From: a virus
Taxonomy: Duplodnaviria > Caudoviricetes
Strand: one strand, 5' to 3'
Length of the DNA: 64,000 bases
IMG/VR virus record: IMGVR_UViG_3300037067_021792
The position numbers and the translations under genes were made by a program. Below are positions 47,441-57,478 of the stretch, in pieces. The notes under the pieces were generated by a model. The model was not told where the DNA came from. It searched no databases and was given only the letters and a program-made list of their open reading frames with translations. Each line of letters begins with the position of its first letter. Within the stretch, counting starts at the first letter, position 1.

Positions 47441-49306
47441 GTGAGTAAAATTGTTGGCGTGGATCTTGGCACTACTAATTCGGTTGTCGCCATTGTAGAA
47501 AATGGACAGCCAAAAGTATTAATTAATAGCAGCGGTGGCCGCACTACTCCGTCTCTGGTTTCATTTAATAAATCCGAGAGGATTGTTGGTCAACGAGCTA
47601 GGAATCAGCAGGTTTTAAATCCTAAGAATACAATTTATTCTATCAAGCGATTTATGGGAAGGCGACATTCTGAAGTTAGCGCAGAAGAAAAGACTGTTCC
47701 ATATACAATAGTGGGTGGTCCGGAAGAACTGGTTAAGGTCAAAGTTGATGATAGGGACTACGCCCCTCCAGAGATTTCCGCAATGATATTGAAAGATCTC
47801 AAGACGACTGCTGAAACATATTTTGGGCACGAAATAACTGAAGCGGTTATCACTGTCCCCGCATATTTTAATGATGCCCAGCGACAGGCCACAAAAGAAG
47901 CCGGGCAGATTGCTGGGTTTGATGTTAAGAGAATTATCAACGAACCCACTGCTGCTGCTCTATCATATGGTCTGAATAAAAAGAAGCAGCAAAAAATAGC
48001 TGTTTTTGATTTGGGTGGTGGAACCTTTGATATTTCAGTTCTTGATATTGGAGATAATGTTTTTGAGGTTCTTAGCACTAACGGCGACACCCATTTAGGC
48101 GGTGATGATTTTGACGCCGCATTCGTTGACTACATTGCAGAAGAATTCAGAAAGGTGGAAGGTATCGATCTTCGAAAAGATCCGATGGCTCTACAGCGGT
48201 TAAAGGATTCTGCTGAAAAGGCTAAGTGTGATTTATCATCAAGTCTCGAAACTCAAATATCCCTACCTTTCATTACTGCAGATTCCAATGGACCGAAGCA
48301 CCTAAATCAAACTATAACTCGTTCTAAATTTGAGCAAATAATTTCTGGTTTAATTCAGCGTTGTAGAAATCCAGTTATGCAAGCACTTAAAGACGCCAAT
48401 TTAACACCGAAGGATATAGATGAGGTTATACTGGTCGGTGGCTCAACCCGCGTTCCCGCAGTTCGTGCTTTGGTAAAAGAGATGTTCGGCAAAGAGCCAA
48501 ATTCTAGTGTAAATCCCGATGAGTCGGTAGCCATTGGTGCTGCTATACAAGGATCAATATTAAGCGGAGAATCCTCAGATATTGTTTTACTTGATGTCAC
48601 ACCGCTTTCTTTAGGTGTTGAAACCCTTGGTGGCGTTATGACTGTTTTAATTCCAAGAAACACCACTATACCGACCACTAAAAAAGAGACATTCTCAACT
48701 GCCGCAGACAATCAACCTGGAGTAGATATACATATTCTCCAGGGCGAGAGAAAGATGGCAGATTCCAACAGAACTTTAGGCAGATTTCAATTAGCAGATA
48801 TACCATCTGCACCTCGTGGTGTGCCACAAATTGAGGTTAATTTTGATATAGACGCTAATGGCATTTTGCACGTATCTGCTAAGGATCTTGGCACTGGAAA
48901 ACAGCAATCCATAGAGATTAAGTCGTCATCTGGATTAAGCGATGATGAGGTTAAACGAATGGTGGATGATGCGCAGAAATATTCGGAAGAGGATGCTAAT
49001 AAAAAGGAATTGGTAGATGCAAGAAACCAGGCTGATAATCACATCTATCAAGCCGAGAAGATGATGAAAGAGCATGGGGATAAAATACAAAATAAGTCCG
49101 ATGTTGAATCTGCTGTCAGCGCAGTCAAGGACGCCATTAAAACCAATGATAAGGATTCTATTAAAAAATCCTTAGATGTTCTCAATACCGCTTTGCATAA
49201 AGCCAGCGAAGATATCTATAATGCTAATAAAGCAGCGACTCCTGATATACCCGTTGGCGAGACGCCGACAAATGTAGTAGATGCAGAGTATTCAGTAAAG
49301 GATTAA
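47441..49306 (+). CDS. dnaK: Chaperone DnaK
   Basis: [41 protein letters not shown]. Confidence 0.98.
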   Translation: MSKIVGVDLGTTNSVVAIVENGQPKVLINSSGGRTTPSLVSFNKSERIVGQRARNQQVLNPKNTIYSIKRFMGRRHSEVSAEEKTVPYTIVGGPEELVKVKVDDRDYAPPEISAMILKDLKTTAETYFGHEITEAVITVPAYFNDAQRQATKEAGQIAGFDVKRIINEPTAAALSYGLNKKKQQKIAVFDLGGGTFDISVLDIGDNVFEVLSTNGDTHLGGDDFDAAFVDYIAEEFRKVEGIDLRKDPMALQRLKDSAEKAKCDLSSSLETQISLPFITADSNGPKHLNQTITRSKFEQIISGLIQRCRNPVMQALKDANLTPKDIDEVILVGGSTRVPAVRALVKEMFGKEPNSSVNPDESVAIGAAIQGSILSGESSDIVLLDVTPLSLGVETLGGVMTVLIPRNTTIPTTKKETFSTAADNQPGVDIHILQGERKMADSNRTLGRFQLADIPSAPRGVPQIEVNFDIDANGILHVSAKDLGTGKQQSIEIKSSSGLSDDEVKRMVDDAQKYSEEDANKKELVDARNQADNHIYQAEKMMKEHGDKIQNKSDVESAVSAVKDAIKTNDKDSIKKSLDVLNTALHKASEDIYNANKAATPDIPVGETPTNVVDAEYSVKD

Positions 49307-49309
49307 AAA

Positions 49310-50434
49310 TTGGAAGACCTAGCACGAAAATATAGGCCGAAAAAATTACAGGATTTAGTTGGACAAAGCGTGGTTGTTCAAACTCTGACTAACGCAATTA
49401 AAAATAACAAACTACATCACGCTCATTTGTTTGTAGGCCAGTATGGCTCGGGAAAGACAAGCTGCGCACGTATTTTAGCTGCTACAGAAAATTGTCTCGT
49501 ATCTCCGGGATTGGATCCATGCGGAACCTGCGATAATTGTAAAAAGATTTTTGCAGGGACCCATACCGATGTGCTAGAAATAGACGCGGCTAGTGGCGCT
49601 GGCAGTGTGAAGGAGGTTCGGAAATTAAAAGAAAATGCGCTATATAACCCAATTGCAGGGTGTAAGACAAAATATTTTATTATTGATGAAGCACAAAGGT
49701 TATCACAAGAGTCAAACGATGCCTTATTAAAGCTAATTGAAGAACCTCCATCGAGGGTTAGATTCGTACTATCAACTACTGATATTCATAAATTACGACC
49801 GGCAGTCCAGTCAAGATGTCAGAGACACGATATAAGGCAGATTTACTGGGCACAGATATCTGAACGGTTGGCATACATTGCGAAAAGTGAAAACATAGAT
49901 GTCGAAGAGGGAGCACTGAATTTATGTGCCCGTTTAGCTCATGGTAGCATGCGCAATGGCATACAGAATCTGTCTAAGCTAATATCTTTCTCTAAGAATG
50001 GGAAGGTTACTACTTCTGATGCAGATGATGTTTTTGGAACTGTGTCCGAAAGTCTCTTTTATGATTTGATAGATTCTTTAATTGAAACCCATACTGGAAA
50101 ATTAGATACCAGGTCGGGTTTGAAGGTTATTAATAATATACTCCAGAGTGGTGCTGAATTTCAATCAGTATATGATGGCATAGCAAACCATCTTAGAAAT
50201 ATGCTGGTAGTATTGACCGCTTCGGCGGCATTTGAGTTTGTCGATGCGTCCCAGGAAGGCAAGAAAAGATTGAAAGAGCAGTGTCTTAAGTGCCAACAGG
50301 GCAAGAAACATAAGGCATTACTTAGAATCTTATCTGCTTTAAATGAATCAAAGCAGTCGGTAGACTACAATATATCTCCTGAGATTGCACTACAAGCTTG
50401 GCTCATAAAGAGTGTTATATTTTTTAACGAGTAA
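49310..50434 (+). CDS. dnaX: DNA polymerase III gamma/tau clamp-loader subunit (gamma length)
   Basis: LARKYRP, GSGKT, C4 zinc motif, EIDAAS, IIDEA, SRC. Confidence 0.93.
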   Translation: MEDLARKYRPKKLQDLVGQSVVVQTLTNAIKNNKLHHAHLFVGQYGSGKTSCARILAATENCLVSPGLDPCGTCDNCKKIFAGTHTDVLEIDAASGAGSVKEVRKLKENALYNPIAGCKTKYFIIDEAQRLSQESNDALLKLIEEPPSRVRFVLSTTDIHKLRPAVQSRCQRHDIRQIYWAQISERLAYIAKSENIDVEEGALNLCARLAHGSMRNGIQNLSKLISFSKNGKVTTSDADDVFGTVSESLFYDLIDSLIETHTGKLDTRSGLKVINNILQSGAEFQSVYDGIANHLRNMLVVLTASAAFEFVDASQEGKKRLKEQCLKCQQGKKHKALLRILSALNESKQSVDYNISPEIALQAWLIKSVIFFNE

Positions 50435-50449
50435 GGAGAAAAATACAAT

Positions 50450-51115
50450 ATGTCTCTCTCCAAAAAAGAGAGAGACCAAGCACTGAAAGAAGAAGAGATC
50501 ACTTCTCTAGTGAATCAAGTGCGTGATTATGACAACGAACAATCGTTTATAAAGTTGAAAATTTATTTAGACGGTTATATACGGTTGTTTACACAAAAAT
50601 ATCACATCCCAGGATGTGATGCCGATGAAATTGAGCAAGAATGTTTGGTGGCACTAAAATTTAAAGCAATACAAGATTTTGATGCTGCCAGAGGGAAGTT
50701 TAAGTCTTTTGCCCTCCTTTGTATTAGGAGACATTTGTTCTCCTTAATTAAAGGAAATAACCAGCAAAAGCGACGAGTATTAAATCAGTCTTTGTCTCTC
50801 GATGAAGACCGTGGATCGGAAGAGGGTGAAACTCTCAGTTTGATCAATATAATTATAACCAACAAGCCAACGGTGGCCGATCAGATGGAAAAGCACGAAG
50901 ACGAGGAAGATAAGAAACACAAACTTTTATCTCGGCTGTCAGAAATGGAGCGAGAGGTTCTAAGACTCTATTTAAAACAATATCACTACGATGAAATAGT
51001 AAAAGAATTAAAGAAAAAATTTCCCCAGATAAGCCGCAAGAGCACTGATAATGCACTTGTTCGAGCACGAAGCAAAGCGAAAGAGCTGGCTAAAGAACTG
51101 GACTGGGATGATTGA
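50450..51115 (+). CDS. Sigma-70 family factor, SigH-like
   Basis: AIQDFD..FKSFALLCIRR, LN.SLSLD, LSEMEREVL, STDNALVRARSK. Confidence 0.88.
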   Translation: MSLSKKERDQALKEEEITSLVNQVRDYDNEQSFIKLKIYLDGYIRLFTQKYHIPGCDADEIEQECLVALKFKAIQDFDAARGKFKSFALLCIRRHLFSLIKGNNQQKRRVLNQSLSLDEDRGSEEGETLSLINIIITNKPTVADQMEKHEDEEDKKHKLLSRLSEMEREVLRLYLKQYHYDEIVKELKKKFPQISRKSTDNALVRARSKAKELAKELDWDD

Positions 51116-51140
51116 AACTTCGGAATTTCCTTAATCTCGC

Positions 51141-51168
51141 TTGACTTTTCATGGGAATACGATATACT
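51141..51168 (+). promoter_or_regulatory. Sigma70-type promoter of the small-ORF region
   Basis: TTGACT-16nt-TATACT, AAGGAG SD. Confidence 0.6.
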
Positions 51169-51188
51169 TGAAGTGAAGGAGAAGAAAC

Positions 51189-51677
51189 GTGAACATAGAT
51201 GAGTGCATCTACCGTCATAAGGCTCCGAAGTTTTCAGTCCGTACCAGGGACGGAGTCGTTTGTCATGAGTGCCGAGAATCAATGATTGAGCATAATCGTA
51301 AAAGCAATTGTGATTGGACCGATCTGCTTGGTGATCTTTGGTTTGACGCAATGCAAGTCGAGGAGTGTGCGAGAAAAGCAGACATCTCTTCTGCGGACTG
51401 GCGCAATGCTATGCTTAAGTGTATTGACCGTATCGGGAGATATGCCGAACTCTTGCAACGGTATGTAGTTTGTAAAGGCTGCGGCAGACCAGAAATTCAC
51501 AAAATGTGCCCTGCGTGGGGCACGCCGTTCTACATGAGTGGCAAATTATATACCGCAGAAGATGAGGCAGAATTCGGTGAGCAGCATCGTAAAGCAATGA
51601 TGGAAGTAGGAAATAGTAAAGAAGCAAATGAGCGTGCTGATTGGGAACTTGGTATTTTGAAGAACAAAATTGACTAG
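51189..51677 (+). CDS. Hypothetical Cys-rich protein
   Basis: Strong SD; CHEC, CKGC. Confidence 0.6.
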   Translation: MNIDECIYRHKAPKFSVRTRDGVVCHECRESMIEHNRKSNCDWTDLLGDLWFDAMQVEECARKADISSADWRNAMLKCIDRIGRYAELLQRYVVCKGCGRPEIHKMCPAWGTPFYMSGKLYTAEDEAEFGEQHRKAMMEVGNSKEANERADWELGILKNKID

Positions 51678-51895
51678 TGAGGAGAATCAGTATGTATGCG
51701 GAAGATGAAATTCATCTTTGTCCATCAATGTCCCGCGAAGGAAGATATCTCCAATATTGTTGTGCGGGCAAAAGAAATGCGAGATGGAGGTTGATTCTTC
51801 CTACCGAGTCTACTGGCGAAGACGAAGAATCGGTTATTTTACAAAATGTATTATTCTGTCCGAGTTGTGGCAAAGATTTACAAGTGGAGGACTAA
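51677..51895 (+). CDS. Small zinc-ribbon protein (start likely 51692)
   Basis: FCPSCG, GAGGAG SD. Confidence 0.55.
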   Translation: MRRISMYAEDEIHLCPSMSREGRYLQYCCAGKRNARWRLILPTESTGEDEESVILQNVLFCPSCGKDLQVED

Positions 51896-51898
51896 AGA

Positions 51899-52153
51899 AT
51901 TAAACATAGTCCATATGCAGATTGTCGTGCGCCAGATGGCATAATTGCCAATGGTTGGCGACTAGTTCGTAAAGGTGGACGGGTGAAGTTTGGAGGGTCG
52001 TATTATTCAGCAGCACAGCTTTCTGAGATTGTGGGTGAATTGGTTTATGCTTCAATGGGAGAATATTGGCAAAGCTATGTGAGAATTTACCGTGGGGCGG
52101 TTGGATGCCAAGGTTGGTTTTGTAACGCAGAAGTGGAATTGCCAAAAGGATAA
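51899..52153 (+). CDS. 84-aa ORF with ATT start, absent from the ORF track
   Basis: GGAGG SD 8 nt upstream; open frame fills the gap exactly. Confidence 0.5.
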   Translation: MKHSPYADCRAPDGIIANGWRLVRKGGRVKFGGSYYSAAQLSEIVGELVYASMGEYWQSYVRIYRGAVGCQGWFCNAEVELPKG

Positions 52154-52157
52154 ATAA

Positions 52158-52904
52158 GTGTGGTCTAAATTTAAGATATGGAATCTAGGTTTACTAGCAC
52201 TAATTATTACTGGTTGCGCAGATCGGTTATTAATGGGTGACACCAATTTGCGCCGCTACCCCACATGTGTTTACTCGGACGTTAAATTAGGACCATATGC
52301 TAAGGCTTGGTTTATAAAACACCCAGAAGCACGAGGCACGGCTATTCTTTTGCCAGGCTATAAAACTAATAAAGGATATCTTCTGGAATTTATTGATTTA
52401 TGGACAAGTAACAAGTTTAATGTACTATTGTTGGATTATCGAGGGTTTGGAGATGCTGCCGGTACTGTGGATTTTAGGGGAATAGTAGAAGACGTTCATC
52501 TTGCGGTTGTTTTTGCTCAGTCTCAGCATCCTCGCGTTATTTTGCACGGATTTTCTTTGGGCACTATGGTAGAAGCTAAAGTGGCATCAGAAGTTGATGT
52601 TTCAGGATGTATTTTTGATGGAGTGGCCTCACCTAACGCATTGGGTTTGACGGGCTTAGTTTTACCTAAAGACATGCGCACACGTCAAACAATTCTTAAA
52701 ATAAAAGAACCGAAACTGTTTATCCATAGTATAGACGACGATGTAACGGTATATTCAGAAGCAGAATATATCTACAACAGAGCGACTGAACCGAAATCGA
52801 TGTGGACCACATCTGGGCCACATATTTTATCATATAAGTATGACCCACAAGGCTACCAGAGAGTAGTTTCTGGTTGGTTGTCTCAAAATTCATTGGAGAA
52901 TTGA
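52158..52904 (+). CDS. Alpha/beta hydrolase lipoprotein
   Basis: LIITGC lipobox, DYRGFG, GFSLG, HSIDD, GPH. Confidence 0.85.
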   Translation: MWSKFKIWNLGLLALIITGCADRLLMGDTNLRRYPTCVYSDVKLGPYAKAWFIKHPEARGTAILLPGYKTNKGYLLEFIDLWTSNKFNVLLLDYRGFGDAAGTVDFRGIVEDVHLAVVFAQSQHPRVILHGFSLGTMVEAKVASEVDVSGCIFDGVASPNALGLTGLVLPKDMRTRQTILKIKEPKLFIHSIDDDVTVYSEAEYIYNRATEPKSMWTTSGPHILSYKYDPQGYQRVVSGWLSQNSLEN

Positions 52905-52905
52905 A

Positions 52906-53025
52906 TTGAAAACCCATGTCCACAATTGGATTCTTGTTGATCTTTCATATGATAATGAAGATCATGAAACAATTACTTATAGCTGCTCAATTTGCGGTCG
53001 ATGTCGATACGTTAATGCAGGATGA
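52906..53025 (+). CDS. 39-aa HxH/CxxC peptide
   Basis: GGAG SD, TTG start, HVHNW...CSICG. Confidence 0.4.
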   Translation: MKTHVHNWILVDLSYDNEDHETITYSCSICGRCRYVNAG

Positions 53026-53060
53026 CAAACATAGAAGATGAAAGGTGAGGTGAAGCTGAT

Positions 53061-53258
53061 ATGAAAAAGTCCTTTTGTGATCATTGTGGTGAAGAATTCT
53101 CAGCAACAGATGAATATGTAAAAGCGAAAATAGAAATATCTTACACCGAGTATTTAGGTGATGATGGTTCGAGTTTTCGCGAAGAGAAAATCGAACTTTG
53201 CCATCAGTGTTTTAGAAAAGTTTACGGAGTTCTGAAACCGAAGGAGAACTCTAGATGA
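53061..53258 (+). CDS. Small zinc-finger protein
   Basis: CDHC...CHQC. Confidence 0.6.
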   Translation: MKKSFCDHCGEEFSATDEYVKAKIEISYTEYLGDDGSSFREEKIELCHQCFRKVYGVLKPKENSR

Positions 53259-53632
53259 AAATTCGAAACTCTTTTGTAAGTAATAGTTCATCTTGTTCGT
53301 TTATTATTGACAATCGCACGGATCAGATTAAGACCTTAGTAGATTTTATTCAAGATAATCCGAACATTTTCGAGCAGTATCTAAAGGAATACGAGGAAGA
53401 TATTAAAGAAATGGGTTCGGACTGGATGGGCACTCCTGCCTCTCGACTAACTACGAAGAATTTTTTGAAATCTGCGGCAGAATATGATAAAACAATATTG
53501 CCCGGTCGTAATTATTTGACATTCGCCGATGATAGTGGTGATTTTGCGGAATATGTATTACACACCATGCTTTCCGATGTAAAATCAAGCAATAAAAATT
53601 GGCACTGGGAATTTTATGAATCCTACCACTGA
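53255..53632 (+). CDS. MKIRxxFVSNSSS-family hypothetical protein
   Basis: N-terminus shared with 61259..61792. Confidence 0.75.
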   Translation: MKIRNSFVSNSSSCSFIIDNRTDQIKTLVDFIQDNPNIFEQYLKEYEEDIKEMGSDWMGTPASRLTTKNFLKSAAEYDKTILPGRNYLTFADDSGDFAEYVLHTMLSDVKSSNKNWHWEFYESYH

Positions 53633-53828
53633 AAAACTTTGTCCTACTTGTGGACAAGCAACGGAACATATTATTTATATGTGTGAAGTGGAATGCTGTT
53701 CTAGCCCTGCTGATTATGAAGGATGGTGGCGAGTTATAGATGGTTTCGGGATTAAAACAGGATTAATGCAGAGGAGGAAAGTATGTCAACATCATAGGTA
53801 TTTGTTGATAGGGAAAGGAGATCAATAA
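53616..53828 (+). CDS. Small Cys-rich protein
   Basis: CPTC, operonic. Confidence 0.5.
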   Translation: MNPTTEKLCPTCGQATEHIIYMCEVECCSSPADYEGWWRVIDGFGIKTGLMQRRKVCQHHRYLLIGKGDQ

Positions 53829-54061
53829 TGGAATACTATGGTGATATTTATGCTACAGTTAAATTAAGAATGCGAATTCAGATTGAAGCTAATGAAGAGC
53901 CTAGTCCAGAGGATATTCTGTCGGCTTTACGAGGAGATGAAGACTCGGATAATTTAGTAGAAATTATCGATATTGTTGATGATGAGATAGTAGAACATAT
54001 TTCAATCGATGAAATCGATATTCATGAATCTTCTGTGGAAGATGACACCGAAGACGACTAA
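53828..54061 (+). CDS. Small acidic protein
   Basis: AAGGAG SD, TAATG overlap. Confidence 0.6.
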   Translation: MEYYGDIYATVKLRMRIQIEANEEPSPEDILSALRGDEDSDNLVEIIDIVDDEIVEHISIDEIDIHESSVEDDTEDD

Positions 54062-54077
54062 TTTTTAGGAGAAATAT

Positions 54078-54263
54078 ATGAGAAATAATAAGATAGCTAT
54101 TTTTGTCATCAGTTTAGGTTTGCTTTTGTGCTCAGGATGCGATTTTATGGAGCAAATGTTGTCGGACATTGATGGGTGGGATTTATCAGTGTGTGCGAAT
54201 TATCCAGGGGCTTGCTGGGAATGCTATTGGGATAATGTTGACAAAGTTTTAGAAGCCCAATAA
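54078..54263 (+). CDS. Small lipoprotein
   Basis: LLLCSGC lipobox, AGGAG SD. Confidence 0.55.
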   Translation: MRNNKIAIFVISLGLLLCSGCDFMEQMLSDIDGWDLSVCANYPGACWECYWDNVDKVLEAQ

Positions 54264-54415
54264 GAGAATGCCGAGAAAAATCAAATATTTTCGGCTAAAA
54301 AGGTTTATAACGCAGAAGCTCATTGATATAATACGATGGATGTATGATACTAAGCGACATCCATCGTATCGGCTAGTTGGTAGGAATTTTGTGCTGGACC
54401 TTGAGGAGAACTGAA

Positions 54416-54634
54416 ATGAATTGTGTATCAGATAACGAAACACTTCAGGAGATAAGTGTTCAGAGGGACATTTTTCGAGAATTGGTGCTGCTGGCGTATT
54501 CGTCTGTTGAAGAATTATATTTTATGCCGAGTCGCCTTTCGGGTCCTAAACGTGTGTTTTCTGGGTATCCAGATGATACTCCTATTAGCTGGCGGGAATT
54601 GGCAAGGAAACATTTAGGTATAAAAGATGAGTGA
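54416..54634 (+). CDS. Hypothetical protein
   Basis: GAGGAG SD before ATG 54416. Confidence 0.5.
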   Translation: MNCVSDNETLQEISVQRDIFRELVLLAYSSVEELYFMPSRLSGPKRVFSGYPDDTPISWRELARKHLGIKDE

Positions 54635-54851
54635 TCCTAAATCCCTAATCAAAGACCCATCAGCTTTAATTCAATCATCCAACGATATCATTCAATTTCT
54701 TGAAAAAATAGTTAATGAATTCGGTACCAGGATGATGCTTGATGCCGTTATCGACTTCTTGTCTCTAATGATAGTACTAAATAAGATAACAATAAAAGAT
54801 ATAGAAGACTATGTGAATTTACACACTAAATTTTTTGAGGAAAAAGTATGA
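54627..54851 (+). CDS. Hypothetical protein
   Basis: Operonic overlap. Confidence 0.5.
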   Translation: MSDPKSLIKDPSALIQSSNDIIQFLEKIVNEFGTRMMLDAVIDFLSLMIVLNKITIKDIEDYVNLHTKFFEEKV

Positions 54852-55072
54852 AGTGGATTATTTTCATTATTCCACTTTTTTTATTTGGCTGTGTTTTTGA
54901 TCGTCCTGCCCACTGGTTTACTGCTAGTGATGGGTATCAATGGCGAGCCTATGAATCTGACTGCGAGCAATGGTATGACCCGATAACTGATAGCAGTGGA
55001 TTGTGGGCAAAAGATCCGAGGACTGGAGAAAAATATAGGTTTATATATTTTAATCAGTGGAGTTTTGAGTGA
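54848..55072 (+). CDS. Small lipoprotein
   Basis: LFLFGC lipobox. Confidence 0.55.
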   Translation: MKWIIFIIPLFLFGCVFDRPAHWFTASDGYQWRAYESDCEQWYDPITDSSGLWAKDPRTGEKYRFIYFNQWSFE

Positions 55073-55419
55073 AAGGAAGAAACAACATGCAAAAAGAGGT
55101 AAAATGCGAATGTTTTTCGTGGGGGAACTTTACAGAAGGAAGGTCAAAGGCATTGGATTTTGTTAATTCTGGGAAACGGAAAATTATATCGATCAATGAG
55201 ATTGTAACAGGCACAGGCGAACTGCAAATATCGGTTTATTATTATGATCATGAGGAGACCGATGCTGAGCGGTTGGATAGAATTAGAAAGAAAATTCTAG
55301 ATCCCGAATGCATGCCACGAGGAATACCTAGTGATCCCGAGGAACGCAGGAAAATGGCGGAAAAATATTGGGGTGCAGTTGATAAAGTGTTAAAGCTCTT
55401 GCGTACCGGATCTTGGTGA
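55069..55419 (+). CDS. Hypothetical protein
   Basis: Operonic ORF. Confidence 0.55.
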   Translation: MKGRNNMQKEVKCECFSWGNFTEGRSKALDFVNSGKRKIISINEIVTGTGELQISVYYYDHEETDAERLDRIRKKILDPECMPRGIPSDPEERRKMAEKYWGAVDKVLKLLRTGSW

Positions 55420-55439
55420 AGGACCAATGAAAGACACAA

Positions 55440-55760
55440 ATGAGCGAAATTAAGACACGCCAATGTCCTGCTTGCCACGGTGAAGGTGGACGAGTTGAAC
55501 CAGTACTTGATTTTGGTGAAGGACCATTTGAACCTTGTGGTTTTTGTAATGGGCGGGGTATTATTATGGGTAATTATTATTTTACTATTTTGGGGTGGCT
55601 ATCTGCCATAAAACGAGATAATATTAGATTAGATGCAGAAATGCTTAAATTAGCAGAAGAGGCAGTTAGACAAAAGCAAAACCAGAAGCAACTTACAGAT
55701 AGCGAAATTAAAGAGTGTGCACAAAGACTGGTTGATGATGTAATTGATGTTGATGATTGA
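55440..55760 (+). CDS. DnaJ-type CxxCxGxG zinc-finger protein
   Basis: CPACHGEG, CGFCNGRG. Confidence 0.65.
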   Translation: MSEIKTRQCPACHGEGGRVEPVLDFGEGPFEPCGFCNGRGIIMGNYYFTILGWLSAIKRDNIRLDAEMLKLAEEAVRQKQNQKQLTDSEIKECAQRLVDDVIDVDD

Positions 55761-55785
55761 AATTGTTCTGCAACAGATGTATAAT
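55757..55785 (+). promoter_or_regulatory. Sigma70-type promoter of the clamp gene
   Basis: TTGAAA-17nt-TATAAT, AAGGAG SD. Confidence 0.7.
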
Positions 55786-55802
55786 TGAAAAAGGAGATTT
55801 GA

Positions 55803-57062
55803 ATGAAAGCGACTGTATCCAATAAGGAATTGGTTCGTGGTTTTGACAAATTGTGCGAAGTGGCCACCAAGGGGGTGAAGTCTGATTTTCAGCTAGCGGG
55901 CCGCATTACCATCGAAGTATTAAGCGATAAGCTCGTACTTTGGTCAACCAATGGGCACCTAGATGCCAGATATACCATCTCTGATGTAAGTGATTGTGAA
56001 CCGGGCATTATTACGGTTGATGCCGTTATTGGTCGCGACGTAATACGAGTGGCGAGTCAGGAAGGTAAAGATATATTGATGAGTGTGGATAAAGATGTTC
56101 TGCACCTAAAAGCTGGCCGCAAGAAGTTTAAAATCTCTACTCTGCCCAAAAATCATGTAGGGGATGATGCTCCCGACCCTATTAAAATTGTTATTCCGGC
56201 TAAAACCCCCAAGAATGGCCTAAAATATACATTCCCCCAATCTATGTTATCCGATGGCATCTCAACAGTGGCTCGGTATAAGGCTCCGCTCAAATATAAA
56301 ACAGAATATCTACAGATATGTATGCACTTTCTAGAGGATAAGGTCCGATTCGTTTGTGGCGATGGTATGCGGTTCGCTGTGTATGCCCGGAATCACGAGA
56401 AAAACGGCATTACCGGGGATGGCGGTAAGTGGCTGTTGCCTTCGGATCAGGCAATGATAATTGCAGCAATAATAGACGAAGAAGTTTCTCTGACATATTC
56501 AGATGCCAAGACATGTTATATTCAATGCGGTAAATTAGACATGCTTTTGAAGGGAATTCCAGAAATTGAATATATCAGTTATGACGTTCATGCGTATAGG
56601 TTCGAGGATGCTGTTGCCCTAGTGGACATTAATTATGATGATATGTCCGCTGGTATGGAAACTGTTCGGGTTGTTCGAGATAAAGAAATGGAAAATGAGG
56701 GCGATTTCCATAGTTGCACTTTTGATGCAGCACCAAATACTATTAATTTCGCCGTAAACGAAGGTCGATATCAGGCAGATTTTGATGCTGATATATCGTT
56801 TACCAAGATTAAGGTAGATAAGTTCAAATCGATATATTCCTATGCGTTTTTGAACGAAGTTACTCACGCCATCACTTGTGAAGCTTTGCGATTCTATTGT
56901 ATAGAAGAGGGCGGCATCATGCTGGCAGAGCCTTTTGTTAAAGATGCGGATAGTAAAGGAGATGGAGTGCGTGCTGGTATATCCCAAAATGCTAATGCTC
57001 CAACTGGTGAACCACTATTGATATTCTTTTTTGCTGCCGCAACAGAAGATGAGGAAGAGTGA
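55803..57062 (+). CDS. dnaN: Divergent DNA polymerase III beta sliding clamp
   Basis: LVLWSTN..L, EPGIITVDA, FVCGDGMRFAV (compare VATDGHRLA); about 400 aa. Confidence 0.7.
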   Translation: MKATVSNKELVRGFDKLCEVATKGVKSDFQLAGRITIEVLSDKLVLWSTNGHLDARYTISDVSDCEPGIITVDAVIGRDVIRVASQEGKDILMSVDKDVLHLKAGRKKFKISTLPKNHVGDDAPDPIKIVIPAKTPKNGLKYTFPQSMLSDGISTVARYKAPLKYKTEYLQICMHFLEDKVRFVCGDGMRFAVYARNHEKNGITGDGGKWLLPSDQAMIIAAIIDEEVSLTYSDAKTCYIQCGKLDMLLKGIPEIEYISYDVHAYRFEDAVALVDINYDDMSAGMETVRVVRDKEMENEGDFHSCTFDAAPNTINFAVNEGRYQADFDADISFTKIKVDKFKSIYSYAFLNEVTHAITCEALRFYCIEEGGIMLAEPFVKDADSKGDGVRAGISQNANAPTGEPLLIFFFAAATEDEEE

Positions 57063-57466
57063 TGATAGGTGCAGTTATGCGCGGAGATGGAGTGTATGTT
57101 CTCCCTTCTGATGGGTCCATTGATCCTGATGGACCTTACGTTGCAGAGTATAGCACAGAGCAGAAGCTAGAGTTTTTTGATGATTTAACTAAGACCGCAT
57201 TAGAATGGGCAGAAGAGAAAGATCCAGAAGAAAAACGAGTTCTTCAAAGATATATCACAGATAGATTATGGGATATAGCAAGAGGGTACCCTTTTGGTTT
57301 GCCTCGTATATATGAAACGACTGGTCTGATCATAACTAATGATTATGCTTCCAGTGCTTTAACGTGTGGGCACGCAAATGAGGTGCCATCTGTCTGTGAA
57401 TGCGAAGATAATTGTTATTGTAAATCGCATAGTTGCAAACATGATTTTTCATCAGTGCATGAATGA
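57059..57466 (+). CDS. Hypothetical protein with Cys/His tail
   Basis: CGHANE...CECEDNCYC. Confidence 0.55.
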   Translation: MMIGAVMRGDGVYVLPSDGSIDPDGPYVAEYSTEQKLEFFDDLTKTALEWAEEKDPEEKRVLQRYITDRLWDIARGYPFGLPRIYETTGLIITNDYASSALTCGHANEVPSVCECEDNCYCKSHSCKHDFSSVHE

Positions 57467-57478
57467 AACGTAACCGAC

